Of a stretch of 32,000 bases of DNA, positions 1-8,096 are shown piece after piece; the first letter of the stretch is position 1, and each line of letters starts with the position of its first letter. This DNA comes from Alkanindiges illinoisensis DSM 15370 (GTDB taxonomy: Bacteria; Pseudomonadota; Gammaproteobacteria; Pseudomonadales; Moraxellaceae). The notes beneath the pieces were generated by a model, which worked only from the letters and a program-made list of their open reading frames with translations, was not told the DNA's origin and did no database searches. A program made the translations under genes and the position numbers. Location: positions 90,001 through 122,000 of the forward strand of contig NZ_KK211037.1 in NCBI RefSeq assembly GCF_000619845.1. Reading direction: 5' to 3'.

Positions 1-269
1 CTCTCAGGATTTATTATTCAGGTTCAGTGCAACAGATATTAAAACCCCAGCAGCAAAAAATATAGTGACATGGCTGCTGGTAATATTCAAAATCCGGAAG
101 CATCGTTTTTAGGCCATAGGCGGCATTCTTTGCCAATTACATGCAGTATTATTGATAAATGCGTCTTTTAGCTGCAAAGTTTCAATATAGGAATTTAATA
201 ATAAAAATAACCGCACTTAGATTCGATGTTAGAAAATGAGAAAAAGAGGCGCTTAAAAAGTACAAATAG

Positions 270-292
270 CAAAAAAGCGACCTAGGCCGCTT
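270..292 (-). terminator. possible rho-independent terminator downstream of the ytjA-like gene
   Basis: The minus-strand RNA reads AGCGG-CCUAGG-UCGCU (short 5-bp stem including one G-U pair) followed by UUUUUUG. The stem is weak. Confidence 0.35.
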
Positions 293-363
293 CTTTGTCT
301 GGTTCACTTGATCATGTAAGACATAATCACAAAAACCTTTTGTTTTTACAGGGAATCTGCGGG

Positions 364-525
364 TTAAGGCATTCTGCCACGGCTAACAAAGGCCACCACA
401 GCCAGAATAATAGCCACAACCAGGAAGATGATAGCAAAGTCTTGAGACAGACCGGCTACACCACCGAAACCTAACAAGCTTGCAATTAAGGCGATAACTG
501 CAAAAATGATTGCCCAACGAAACAT
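364..525 (-). CDS. ytjA: UPF0391/DUF1328 small membrane protein (YtjA-like), 53 aa
   Basis: Absent from the ORF track because it is under 60 aa. Hand translation of the minus strand gives [53 protein letters not shown]. This closely resembles E. coli YtjA as I recall it ([22 protein letters not shown]...). A GGAGA Shine-Dalgarno sits 7 nt upstream of the ATG. Confidence 0.8.
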   Translation of the reverse strand: MFRWAIIFAVIALIASLLGFGGVAGLSQDFAIIFLVVAIILAVVAFVSRGRMP

Positions 526-827
526 GATGAATTCTCCATTTATAAAATTTGTTTTTTTAATATAAGCGCTTAAAAAAATTGGGCTGTTTATTTTGTGTTC
601 GGTTTTACACGCTTATGTTGCGCTTTGAAATAAACAGAAACATCCTGAATTTCTAAATAATTATTTTTATTATCAATGAATTAATTAAAATAATGGTTGA
701 GCTAACCGTGAAACAAAGCTTACAGGAGGTGAACACTTTGGGACAGCCGTTTGCACAGCTTAACCCAACTAAAATAGTCCACCCACTGATATACTGCTGA
801 GCTTATCAGTTTTGTATCTAAATATGA

Positions 828-1472
828 CTAATTCTTTGCGTTAGGCTTATGGTTTGGCCAGTACTGGCGCAGCATTTCCAGCACCGCAGGCAACATGCTA
901 ATGCCAATAATGGCAAAAATGACGTAGGTAAAGTTATCCTTGATTACCGGCAAATTGCCAAAAAAGTAACCCAGCCACACAAATGACAGAATCCATGCAG
1001 CACCGCCAATCACGTTAAACATTAAAAAACGTGAATACTGCATGTGGCTAACCCCGGCAATAAAAGGGGCAAAGGTGCGGATAATTGGCAGGAAGCGGGC
1101 AAAAATAATGGTCTTGCCGCCATGTTTTTCAAAAAATGACTGGGTTTTTAGCAAATGGTCGCGCTTGATAAAACGCAGGTTCATGCTAAACACACGCGGG
1201 CCAATGTAGCGGCCAATCTGGTAATTAAGAGAGTCCCCCATCACCGCAGCAACAAATAACAGGATGCTGAGCAGTACCGGGTCCATTGCACCAGTAGCAG
1301 CAATTGCACCAGCTGCAAACAGCAGGCTGTCACCGGGAAGAAGTGGCATAACCACCAGGCCGGTTTCCACAAAAATAATCAAAAACAGGATGGCATACAC
1401 CCAGGTGCCGTAATCACGAACAAATTCAAGCAGGTGCTGGTCAACATGCAGGATAAAATCAATCAGTTCCAT
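828..1472 (-). CDS. DedA/SNARE-associated family inner-membrane protein
   Basis: 214-aa multi-pass hydrophobic ORF with DedA-type signature stretches (LPGDSLLFAAG; GGKTIIFARFLPIIRTFAPFIAG). Confidence 0.85.
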   Translation of the reverse strand: MELIDFILHVDQHLLEFVRDYGTWVYAILFLIIFVETGLVVMPLLPGDSLLFAAGAIAATGAMDPVLLSILLFVAAVMGDSLNYQIGRYIGPRVFSMNLRFIKRDHLLKTQSFFEKHGGKTIIFARFLPIIRTFAPFIAGVSHMQYSRFLMFNVIGGAAWILSFVWLGYFFGNLPVIKDNFTYVIFAIIGISMLPAVLEMLRQYWPNHKPNAKN

Positions 1473-1672
1473 TCAGGCGGCATCAGGTAAAATTTGCATC
1501 AGATGCTAGCAATAGTCTGCCGGACTGTCATTAACTTGTCTGGGGGAATACAAAATAAATAAGACTGGCTTAATCCTGAGCACAGTTAAGATTTAAGCCG
1601 GACAGGAAAATCAGTGATTAGTAAATGTTTTAAGAGTCTGATTATTGAGTAAAGATAAATCGAATCAACTAG

Positions 1673-2356
1673 CTATAAATCACGATTGGCCATGTGGCGT
1701 GAACCGGCAATGATCATGTGAATCATGTCCACGGTCTGGGTCAGGATGCGGTTCTGGCTGTCGCTATCTTGTTCCATGGCATTGGCACCCATGGCAAACA
1801 CCAGCCGGGTAATGGCCTTGGCCACCAGCTCGGGCGCATACAACTGGTTGCCATGCAATTGTTCCAGCCGTACCAAATCTTCTTTAAGCTCAGTTTCAAA
1901 AAAGCAGAGCTGCTGTTCCACGGCCTGCTTGAAGGCTGCCGAGCCAACTTTTCCCTCACGCAATAACAGCGGCAGGTTGCCTTGTTCTAGCCGCAACTGT
2001 TCCATGAATACTTCCATGGAGCTTTGCACCACGCTGCGCTCACGCGAAGCACGTTGCCGTGCTGTGCCAATAATGCTGCGTAAGGCACTGCCAGCCTGTT
2101 CAATCAGGGCAATGGCCAGTTCATCAATATCCCGAAAATGCCGGTAAAAACTGTTGGGCGCAATGCCTGCTTCCCGTGCCACTTCGCGCAGGCTTAGGGT
2201 CGATACGCTGCGATGCGGACCTAGCAGTTTTAAGGCCGCCTCAATGATTTCTGCCCGGCTGATCGTCACCCGCCGCCCTTGTGGAGCACGGTTTTCCAGA
2301 TCAGCACCAGTAGTTGCAGCAGCAGGCAATGGCATAAATGACGGGTTATTTAACAA
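1673..2356 (-). CDS. fabR: TetR-family repressor, FabR/DesT-like (unsaturated fatty-acid regulator)
   Basis: The HTH region [37 protein letters not shown]...ARQR is near-identical in pattern to E. coli FabR ([37 protein letters not shown]...ARQR, recalled). It is divergent from a reductase-desaturase operon. The start is uncertain: TTG at 2356 or ATG at 2335. Confidence 0.8.
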   Translation of the reverse strand: [227 protein letters not shown]

Positions 2357-2392
2357 GACGGTTTCATTATAAAGACAAAAAACCGGAAAAGA

Positions 2393-2424
2393 TAATATAC
2401 AAGTGTCTATACATCTGTATAATA
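2393..2424 (+). promoter_or_regulatory. candidate FabR/DesT operator overlapping a TATAAT -10 for the reductase-desaturase operon
   Basis: ATATACAAGTGTCTATACATCTGTATAAT lies in the divergent intergenic region. It shares the TACAAGTGT core with the boxes at 20289-20363. It contains the near-palindrome TATACA-TC-TGTATA and a TATAAT hexamer about 35 nt upstream of the ATG at 2458. Confidence 0.45.
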
Positions 2425-2457
2425 ACTAGCCTGCATTCAATTGATCAAGGTTTTGCC

Positions 2458-3645
2458 ATGCTTAACAGCCAGCCTGCTTCACCAGATATCTTGCCGTCAA
2501 GTTCCGGTGACTCAAGGGCCGGGTTAGCGCTATGGCAACGCTTGCGTGGCTTTGCTGATATTGCCATGGATCCTAATGTGGTGAATTTCTGGGTCAGCAA
2601 GCTTAATCCATTGTGGTCGCTGGATCAGCCCATGGCCAGAATTGTGGGTCGTGAGGAAGCTGCCAGTAAGAGTGTGACATTGATCCTAAAACCCAACCGT
2701 CATGTGGTGATACCGCAGGCTGGCCAGCATATTAGTGTAGCTACCGAAATTAATGGGGTGCGTGTTGCACGCAGTTATAGTACCAGTCTGGTGCCTGAGC
2801 AGCCCGGCTTGCTGGCCATTACTGTCAAGCAGGTAGAAGGCGGACGCTTGAGTAACTGGCTATGCTTGCAAGCGCGTGAAGGCGATGTGTTGTATCTGGG
2901 CCAGCCGTTTGGCGATTTTCAATGGCCTGCATTACAACAGCCTGTATTACTGCTGGCAGCGGGCAGCGGCATTACCCCCATGATTAGCCTGCTGCGCCAA
3001 TATGCCCGGCAAGCGGCCAAAGGCGGGCTATTTCCCAGCAAACAGACCGTACAACTGCATTACTGGGTGCGCCGCCGTGAAGAAGCCTGCTTTATTGAGG
3101 AATTACTGGCCCTGCCCAAAATTCAGCCCAATTTTTCCCTGCATTTGTATTTGACCCAGCAAGATCATACCCAGCAAGAGCCAACCCAATCGTATGAGCG
3201 TAGTGGCCGGATTGAGGCCAGCCAGTTTGCCCAGCAGGAAGACCTGAAAAATAGCCATGTGCTGGCTTGTGGCCCGGCAGGGTTTGTTCGTAGCGCGCAG
3301 GAAATCCTGCAAGCCCAGGTGGCGTCGTTTCAGGCCGAAGCCTTTTCGCCGCCGCAAATCTCTACGGATGCGGAGGCCACAGGTTGCAGCACCGTACAAA
3401 TTACCCTGCAACAGCAACAACGCATTTTAACCGTGCCTGTCGGCCAATCCATTCTGGCCGCGCTGGAAGCAGAAGGCATCAATCATCCCAGCGGTTGTCG
3501 TATGGGTCTGTGCAACACCTGTGCCTGCCATAAGGTTTCTGGCAGCACCCAGCACCTGATTTCTGGTGAATCCCAGCATGATGAAAATCCGGCCTTGCGC
3601 GTGTGTGTGAGTAGGGCAAGCAGTGATCTGGTACTGGACATTTAA
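2458..3645 (+). CDS. ferredoxin-NAD(P)H reductase-type oxidoreductase (FAD/NAD-binding domain plus C-terminal plant-type 2Fe-2S); electron donor for the adjacent desaturase (DesC-like)
   Basis: Motifs present are RSYS (FAD binding), GSGITPM (NAD binding) and C-terminal CRMGLCNTCAC (2Fe-2S). The tracked ORF starts at 2338, but that extension would overlap the divergent TetR gene start and run across the intergenic promoter/operator region. ATG 2458 (MLNSQP...) is the likely start. Confidence 0.85.
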   Translation: MLNSQPASPDILPSSSGDSRAGLALWQRLRGFADIAMDPNVVNFWVSKLNPLWSLDQPMARIVGREEAASKSVTLILKPNRHVVIPQAGQHISVATEINGVRVARSYSTSLVPEQPGLLAITVKQVEGGRLSNWLCLQAREGDVLYLGQPFGDFQWPALQQPVLLLAAGSGITPMISLLRQYARQAAKGGLFPSKQTVQLHYWVRRREEACFIEELLALPKIQPNFSLHLYLTQQDHTQQEPTQSYERSGRIEASQFAQQEDLKNSHVLACGPAGFVRSAQEILQAQVASFQAEAFSPPQISTDAEATGCSTVQITLQQQQRILTVPVGQSILAALEAEGINHPSGCRMGLCNTCACHKVSGSTQHLISGESQHDENPALRVCVSRASSDLVLDI

Positions 3646-3713
3646 GCTATTGCTGTACCTTGGCCAAAAAGATTGCAACACATTAAACCGAATAGAAAAG
3701 AGGACACCGTGCC

Positions 3714-4838
3714 ATGTTATTAAAAAAGCCCAAGTTCAAGTTACCTAAGGGCCAAAAGAGCCGTTCTTTAAATGCAGCCGAGCTGGACATGCTGGCAGCG
3801 GAACTGGATGTCTTGCGCGCGCAAACTCTGACTGATCTGGGCGAGGGCGATGCCAAATATATCCGCAAGATTGTGGCTTCTGTGCGTTATACCGCCATGG
3901 CCGGGCGTGGCTTGTTATTTCTGGGCTGGTTTCCACCGGCATGGCTGGCTGGCACCACCCTGCTGGGTATTGCCAAGATTCTGGAAAATATGGAATTGGC
4001 GCATAACGTGATGCATGGTCAGTATGACTGGATGAATGATCCGGCCTTGCAGGGCAAAAGCTACGAGTGGGATACCGTGGGCACCAGCGACAACTGGCGT
4101 AAAACCCATAATTTCAAGCATCACACCTATACCAATGTCAAAGGCATGGATGACGATGTGGGCTATGGCTTGCTGCGTATTTTTCCCGAGCAGCGCTGGC
4201 ACCCGTTTTATCTGGGACAGCCACTGTATGCAATGACGCTGGCCATGCTGTTTCAGTGGGGCGTTGCGATTCAGGACCTTGAAATTGGTAAATACCTGCA
4301 AGGCCGCATGAGCAAGCAGGAGTTTATGGCGCGCTGGCAGCCCACCCGGCAAAAGATTACCCGACAACTGTTGAAGGACTATGTCTTTTTTCCAGTAATT
4401 GCTGGGCCGTCATTTTTACCGGTATTTCTGGGTAACCTCGCGGCCAATGGCATGCGTAACCTGTGGACATTCAGTATTATTTTTTGTGGTCACTTTACTG
4501 AAGATGCAGAGATTTTCCCTAAGTCCGTGCTGGAAAATGAAAGCCGGGGTCACTGGTATTATCGCCAGATTCGTGGCTCAAGCAATTTAAGCGGCGGCAA
4601 ACTGCTGCATTTGCTGTCCGGTAATTTAAGCCACCAGATTGAGCATCACCTGTTTCCGGACATTCCGGCACATCGTTATGCTGAGCTTGCGCCTAAAGTT
4701 CAGGAAATTTGTGAGCGCTATGGCATTCATTACAATACCGGCAGCTTTCGCAAGCAGTTTGGTCAGGTGCTGTGGCGGATTGTGCGACACAGCTTGCCCA
4801 GCCAGCCGAAAATGGCACAGGTGGTGAAGGCGGTTTAA
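3714..4838 (+). CDS. membrane fatty-acid desaturase (acyl-CoA/acyl-lipid delta-9 type, DesB-like)
   Basis: 374 aa with three histidine boxes (HNVMHG, HNFKHHTYTN, HQIEHHLFP) and hydrophobic segments. It lies immediately downstream of its reductase. Confidence 0.9.
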   Translation: MLLKKPKFKLPKGQKSRSLNAAELDMLAAELDVLRAQTLTDLGEGDAKYIRKIVASVRYTAMAGRGLLFLGWFPPAWLAGTTLLGIAKILENMELAHNVMHGQYDWMNDPALQGKSYEWDTVGTSDNWRKTHNFKHHTYTNVKGMDDDVGYGLLRIFPEQRWHPFYLGQPLYAMTLAMLFQWGVAIQDLEIGKYLQGRMSKQEFMARWQPTRQKITRQLLKDYVFFPVIAGPSFLPVFLGNLAANGMRNLWTFSIIFCGHFTEDAEIFPKSVLENESRGHWYYRQIRGSSNLSGGKLLHLLSGNLSHQIEHHLFPDIPAHRYAELAPKVQEICERYGIHYNTGSFRKQFGQVLWRIVRHSLPSQPKMAQVVKAV

Positions 4839-4855
4839 GAAAATAATAAGAAATA

Positions 4856-4895
4856 AAAAGGGCAAGAAACTATCTTGCCCTTTTCTTTCTTTTTT
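4856..4895. terminator. bidirectional rho-independent terminator between convergent genes
   Basis: Perfect stem GGGCAAGA / TCTTGCCC with loop AACTA. It is flanked by an A-run upstream and TTTTCTTTCTTTTTT downstream. Confidence 0.75.
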
Positions 4896-4903
4896 ATGAC
4901 AGC

Positions 4904-5530
4904 TCAAGGGCTTTGTTTCTGCTGACTCAGTTCATTGAGAACATAGCCATCGACCATTGCAATTAATCCATTGACCAATTCATCAAAGCTAAAACCTACC
5001 GGGACGTTTTCTGTTAAATACTTGAGCACTGTAAATATTCCTGCATTGGCAAAAATATACAACATCACTGGCATATTTCTTAGTTGCATCAGTTCAGGAT
5101 GATTCACCACATAATTAAAAGTGAGCTGGCTTAATACCATAATAATCTGGTTAATTTCAGGCTGGGTCGACTGATCAAAAATCACATTTTCCTTGAGCCA
5201 TTTAATATACATCCCATCTTTTAGCTCAAATAGTTCCTTGAGTGAATTCAGGATTTGGCGAATGACCTCAGCCCGCGACATACTTTTAAAATCATAGTTG
5301 GGCTGGTTTAAAACCCGGATGACATCCTGGGTAAAGTGCGTTCGCATGGCATTAAAAATATCGTCTTTATTATTAAAATAATCATAAATCGAACTGGTAC
5401 TGACCCCACTGATTTCCGCAATTTTCTGAATCGTGGTGGCTGCTGCACCATAACGACTTACACAGATAAATCCTGCTTCAATCACGGCATTCACCGTATT
5501 TTTGGCGCGTTGCTGAACAGGCTGCTTCAT
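4904..5530 (-). CDS. TetR/AcrR-family transcriptional regulator
   Basis: The N-terminal HTH reads TTIQKIAEISGVSTSSIYDYFNNKDDIF. The tracked ORF extends to 5620, but ATG 5530 (MKQPVQQRAKNTV...) gives the normal TetR N-terminal spacing. Confidence 0.8.
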   Translation of the reverse strand: MKQPVQQRAKNTVNAVIEAGFICVSRYGAAATTIQKIAEISGVSTSSIYDYFNNKDDIFNAMRTHFTQDVIRVLNQPNYDFKSMSRAEVIRQILNSLKELFELKDGMYIKWLKENVIFDQSTQPEINQIIMVLSQLTFNYVVNHPELMQLRNMPVMLYIFANAGIFTVLKYLTENVPVGFSFDELVNGLIAMVDGYVLNELSQQKQSP

Positions 5531-5583
5531 AGTCACGATTCCAATATGATCCAAAATAGTTACGACTAAAATCCGACTTTTAA

Positions 5584-5599
5584 CCGATAATTTTATCGG
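5584..5599. promoter_or_regulatory. inverted repeat, candidate TetR operator
   Basis: CCGATA-ATTT-TATCGG lies in the 140-bp divergent intergenic region between the TetR gene and the hydrolase gene. Confidence 0.3.
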
Positions 5600-5671
5600 A
5601 TAAATATAGGTTGTATGCACTATTCGTGCAAGGGCTTAAAGCGCTGATTTGCGCTATTGGGAGGATATAAG

Positions 5672-6574
5672 ATGACAACGCACCTGAAAAATCAGCCTAT
5701 TGGCAGTACGTTTAAAAACAGCAGACTCGGTTCAAACCAGATTCCGGTACGTCATATGCAATTTGTGTTTGCTGACGATTTTCCTGTGAACTTTGCTTTT
5801 AACAATGCACTGACGACCTCGGTTTTTGTGGCGCTATCTGCGGTATTTCCATCGGGTGAGCGCTTTTTTATGGATTCAATTCGCTATTTTAGGGATCACA
5901 TCACGGATGACGCACTGAAACAGCAGATTGCCGGTTTTATTGGCCAAGAAGCCATGCATGGCAGGGAGCATGACCGGTTTAACAAGGCATTAATCAAAAA
6001 AGGGTTTGATGTTGAAATTGGTGTGAAAAGTATTACCAGAGGATTAGGGCTGCTTAGAAAATTAACGCCTGTTCAGCAACTGGCCTGTACCGTGGTCATG
6101 GAACATGCTACGGCGCATCTGGCAATCCAGTGGTTGAGTCATGCTGACCTAAACCGGCTCAGTGATCCTAAAACCCTGGCCATGTGGCAGTGGCATGCGC
6201 TCGAAGAACTGGAGCATAAAACGGTTAGTTATGATGTGTATAAAATACTGGATGAAGATAAATGGATTACCCGTTTTATTGCCGTATGTGCGGTCATGGG
6301 TGTGGTAATTCCTGTCAGCATCTATGCAGCCATAGTGATTGCCTATAAACATGGCAGTCACAAGAACCGTAAGGAATTTATTCAGGGATTAAAACTGCTT
6401 TTTGGGCAGGATGGTTTTTTACGGCCCTTAATCACCAAGGCACCTGATTTCCTTAAAAAAGACTTTAATCCGAGAAATGACGATACAGAACAGTTAGAGC
6501 AAGTTTGGAAAGAAAAACTTTTGGGGCCAAATGGCATCATCAATGAGTTTTACATGAATAAGCTGGCAAGCTAA
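5672..6574 (+). CDS. predicted metal-dependent hydrolase (PF10118-like)
   Basis: Contains QEAMHGREHDRFN and HALEELEHKTVSYDVY motifs typical of that family, plus a C-proximal hydrophobic segment. GGAGGA lies 6 nt upstream of ATG 5672 (the tracked ORF begins at TTG 5657). Confidence 0.7.
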   Translation: MTTHLKNQPIGSTFKNSRLGSNQIPVRHMQFVFADDFPVNFAFNNALTTSVFVALSAVFPSGERFFMDSIRYFRDHITDDALKQQIAGFIGQEAMHGREHDRFNKALIKKGFDVEIGVKSITRGLGLLRKLTPVQQLACTVVMEHATAHLAIQWLSHADLNRLSDPKTLAMWQWHALEELEHKTVSYDVYKILDEDKWITRFIAVCAVMGVVIPVSIYAAIVIAYKHGSHKNRKEFIQGLKLLFGQDGFLRPLITKAPDFLKKDFNPRNDDTEQLEQVWKEKLLGPNGIINEFYMNKLAS

Positions 6575-6588
6575 CAATAATAAACTGG

Positions 6589-6627
6589 CCTGTAGCGCAT
6601 GAAGTGATATGCGCTACAGGATTTTTT
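6589..6627. terminator. bidirectional rho-independent terminator
   Basis: 12-bp perfect stem CCTGTAGCGCAT / ATGCGCTACAGG with loop GAAGTGAT, then ATTTTTT. It sits between convergent genes. Confidence 0.75.
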
Positions 6628-7879
6628 AAAACCCCGTAAACGCAAAATCCACACCGGGTTTTTGCCCAGCCATAATATCAGCCAATGCCCGGCCAGAACC
6701 GCAGGCATGCGTCCAGCCCAGCGTGCCGTGGCCTGTATCCAGAAACAGGTTAGCAATTTTTGAGCGGCCAATATACGGTACATTGGATGGTGTGGCAGGG
6801 CGCAAACCCGTCCAGTATTGCACCCGGTTTATATCGACTGCATCGGGAAATAGCTGTAATACCCGGCGGGTTATGGCTTTGCAGCGCACTTCATTGAGCT
6901 CGGTACTATAGCCGTTAAGTTCCGCAGTGCCTGCCACCCGTAAGCGATCACCCAGCCGTGAAAACACCAGCTTGAATTCATCATCGGTCAGGCTAACACT
7001 AGGTGCTTTGTCTGCTTGAAGAATGGGGAAGGTGGCTGAATATCCCTTGGCTGGATAGATCAGTAAATCCACGCCCAGCGGTTTAACCAGTTGCGGGCTA
7101 TAACTGCCCAGCGCCAGCACATAATTGTCAGCCGTTAAGATTTGTTCACCCTGTGCATCCTGCACCCTAACGCCAGTAACCTGCTGGCCATCCGTCATAA
7201 GACCCAGAATGGTGGTGTTATACAAAAACTGCACGCCTTGTTCAGCGCATAGATGTGCCAGATTCTGGGTAAACTGATGCGCATCGCCAGATTCATCGGC
7301 AGCGGTATAGGTGGCACCAGCAATCTGATGCTGAATGGAAACTAAAGCAGGCTCTAGAGCAATCGCTTCCTGTGCACTAATCACATGGCGGTCACAGCCA
7401 AATTCACGCATGATTTTAGCGGGTTCGAGAGCTGCTTCAAATTCCTGTTCACTGGTATAAAAATGCAAAATGCCTTTGCTTAACTCATCATAATGAAGGC
7501 CGGTATCACGCCGTAACTGTTGCAGACTGGCCCGTGAATAGGTGCCCAGATTAACAATTTGAATAATATTATGCCGGGTTCGCTCCGGTGTACATTCCCT
7601 TAAAAACTGCATGCCCCAGCGCCATTGCAACAGGTCAGCGCGCAGGCGGAATAATAACGGTGCGTCCTCTTTCATGAGCCATTGAAGTACTTTTTTGGGT
7701 GCACCCGGATTGGCCCACGGTTCGGCATGCGACACTGAGATCTGGCCGCCATTGGCAAACGAGGTTTCAAGGCCAGCCCCGGCTTGTCGCTCAATCACCA
7801 CAACCTCAAAGCCTTTTTGCCTTAAAAACCAGGCTGCTGTTATGCCAATAACACCCGCGCCCAACACAATGATTTTCAT
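6626..7879 (-). CDS. dadA: D-amino-acid dehydrogenase (FAD-dependent)
   Basis: 417 aa. The N-terminal GxGxxG motif (MKIIVLGAGVIGITAAWFL) and collinear similarity along the whole length to E. coli DadA as recalled (LETSFANGGQIS, FGSYS, TGHGTLGWT) support the call. Confidence 0.85.
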   Translation of the reverse strand: MKIIVLGAGVIGITAAWFLRQKGFEVVVIERQAGAGLETSFANGGQISVSHAEPWANPGAPKKVLQWLMKEDAPLLFRLRADLLQWRWGMQFLRECTPERTRHNIIQIVNLGTYSRASLQQLRRDTGLHYDELSKGILHFYTSEQEFEAALEPAKIMREFGCDRHVISAQEAIALEPALVSIQHQIAGATYTAADESGDAHQFTQNLAHLCAEQGVQFLYNTTILGLMTDGQQVTGVRVQDAQGEQILTADNYVLALGSYSPQLVKPLGVDLLIYPAKGYSATFPILQADKAPSVSLTDDEFKLVFSRLGDRLRVAGTAELNGYSTELNEVRCKAITRRVLQLFPDAVDINRVQYWTGLRPATPSNVPYIGRSKIANLFLDTGHGTLGWTHACGSGRALADIMAGQKPGVDFAFTGF

Positions 7880-8048
7880 CAGTTTGCCCTCTTATCAATA
7901 ATGTATGGCAGGCATAAATCATTATTCAGACATCAATTAGATGTAGCATGAAACAGGCCAATACAATGCTGTGGGACTGCTGCTTTTGGTAATGCTTTGT
8001 GCGTGGTGCGCAAATGATGTACCAAGCCTTCGCGTCATCCAATAAAAA

Positions 8049-8057
8049 TGCTAGAAT
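8049..8057 (+). promoter_or_regulatory. possible extended -10 element (TGcTAGAAT) for guaA
   Basis: TGCTAGAAT lies about 40 nt upstream of the guaA ATG. No convincing -35 was found. Confidence 0.3.
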
Positions 8058-8096
8058 AACGCGCTAAATTTTTCCTTTTATTTGAAGCCGCCTGCC

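Noticed and set aside
47-80. 8-bp hairpin CCAGCAGC...GCTGCTGG with an 18-nt loop near the window start, and a possible gene end at nt 42.
   Set aside because: The loop is long and there is no clear U-tract. The upstream gene lies outside the window, so nothing can be supported.
738-800. 20-codon micro-ORF (TTG start) preceded by AGGAGG at 8-nt spacing and followed by an ACTGATA...TATCAGT hairpin with a T-run, downstream of dedA's 3' end on the opposite strand.
   Set aside because: It is too short, it has a non-ATG start, and I can assess neither conservation nor family. It could be a leader peptide or chance, so I do not call it as a feature.
1718-2372. Several plus-strand ORFs (1718-1966, 1725-2147, 2154-2372) and a second minus-strand ORF (1741-1959) inside the FabR-like gene.
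   Set aside because: These are shadow ORFs in a GC-richer coding region. The 1673-2356 frame has clear TetR/FabR homology and the others have low-complexity Ser/Arg/Cys-rich translations. The same reasoning rejects the overlapping ORFs within guaA (8203-9130), argA (12834-14181), argE (14961-16247), ubiG (17968-18697), the desaturases and reductases, and the 31103-31922 minus-strand ORFs inside the DUF1631 gene.
2338-2457. N-terminal 40-codon extension of the reductase ORF. Similar extensions occur at 20387-20437, 5531-5620, 10950-11003, 23929-23994 and 30458-30499.
   Set aside because: The extensions overlap the divergent gene start or the promoter/operator DNA, or they encode non-homologous leader sequence. 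Internal ATGs give better RBS placement and the N-termini expected for each family.
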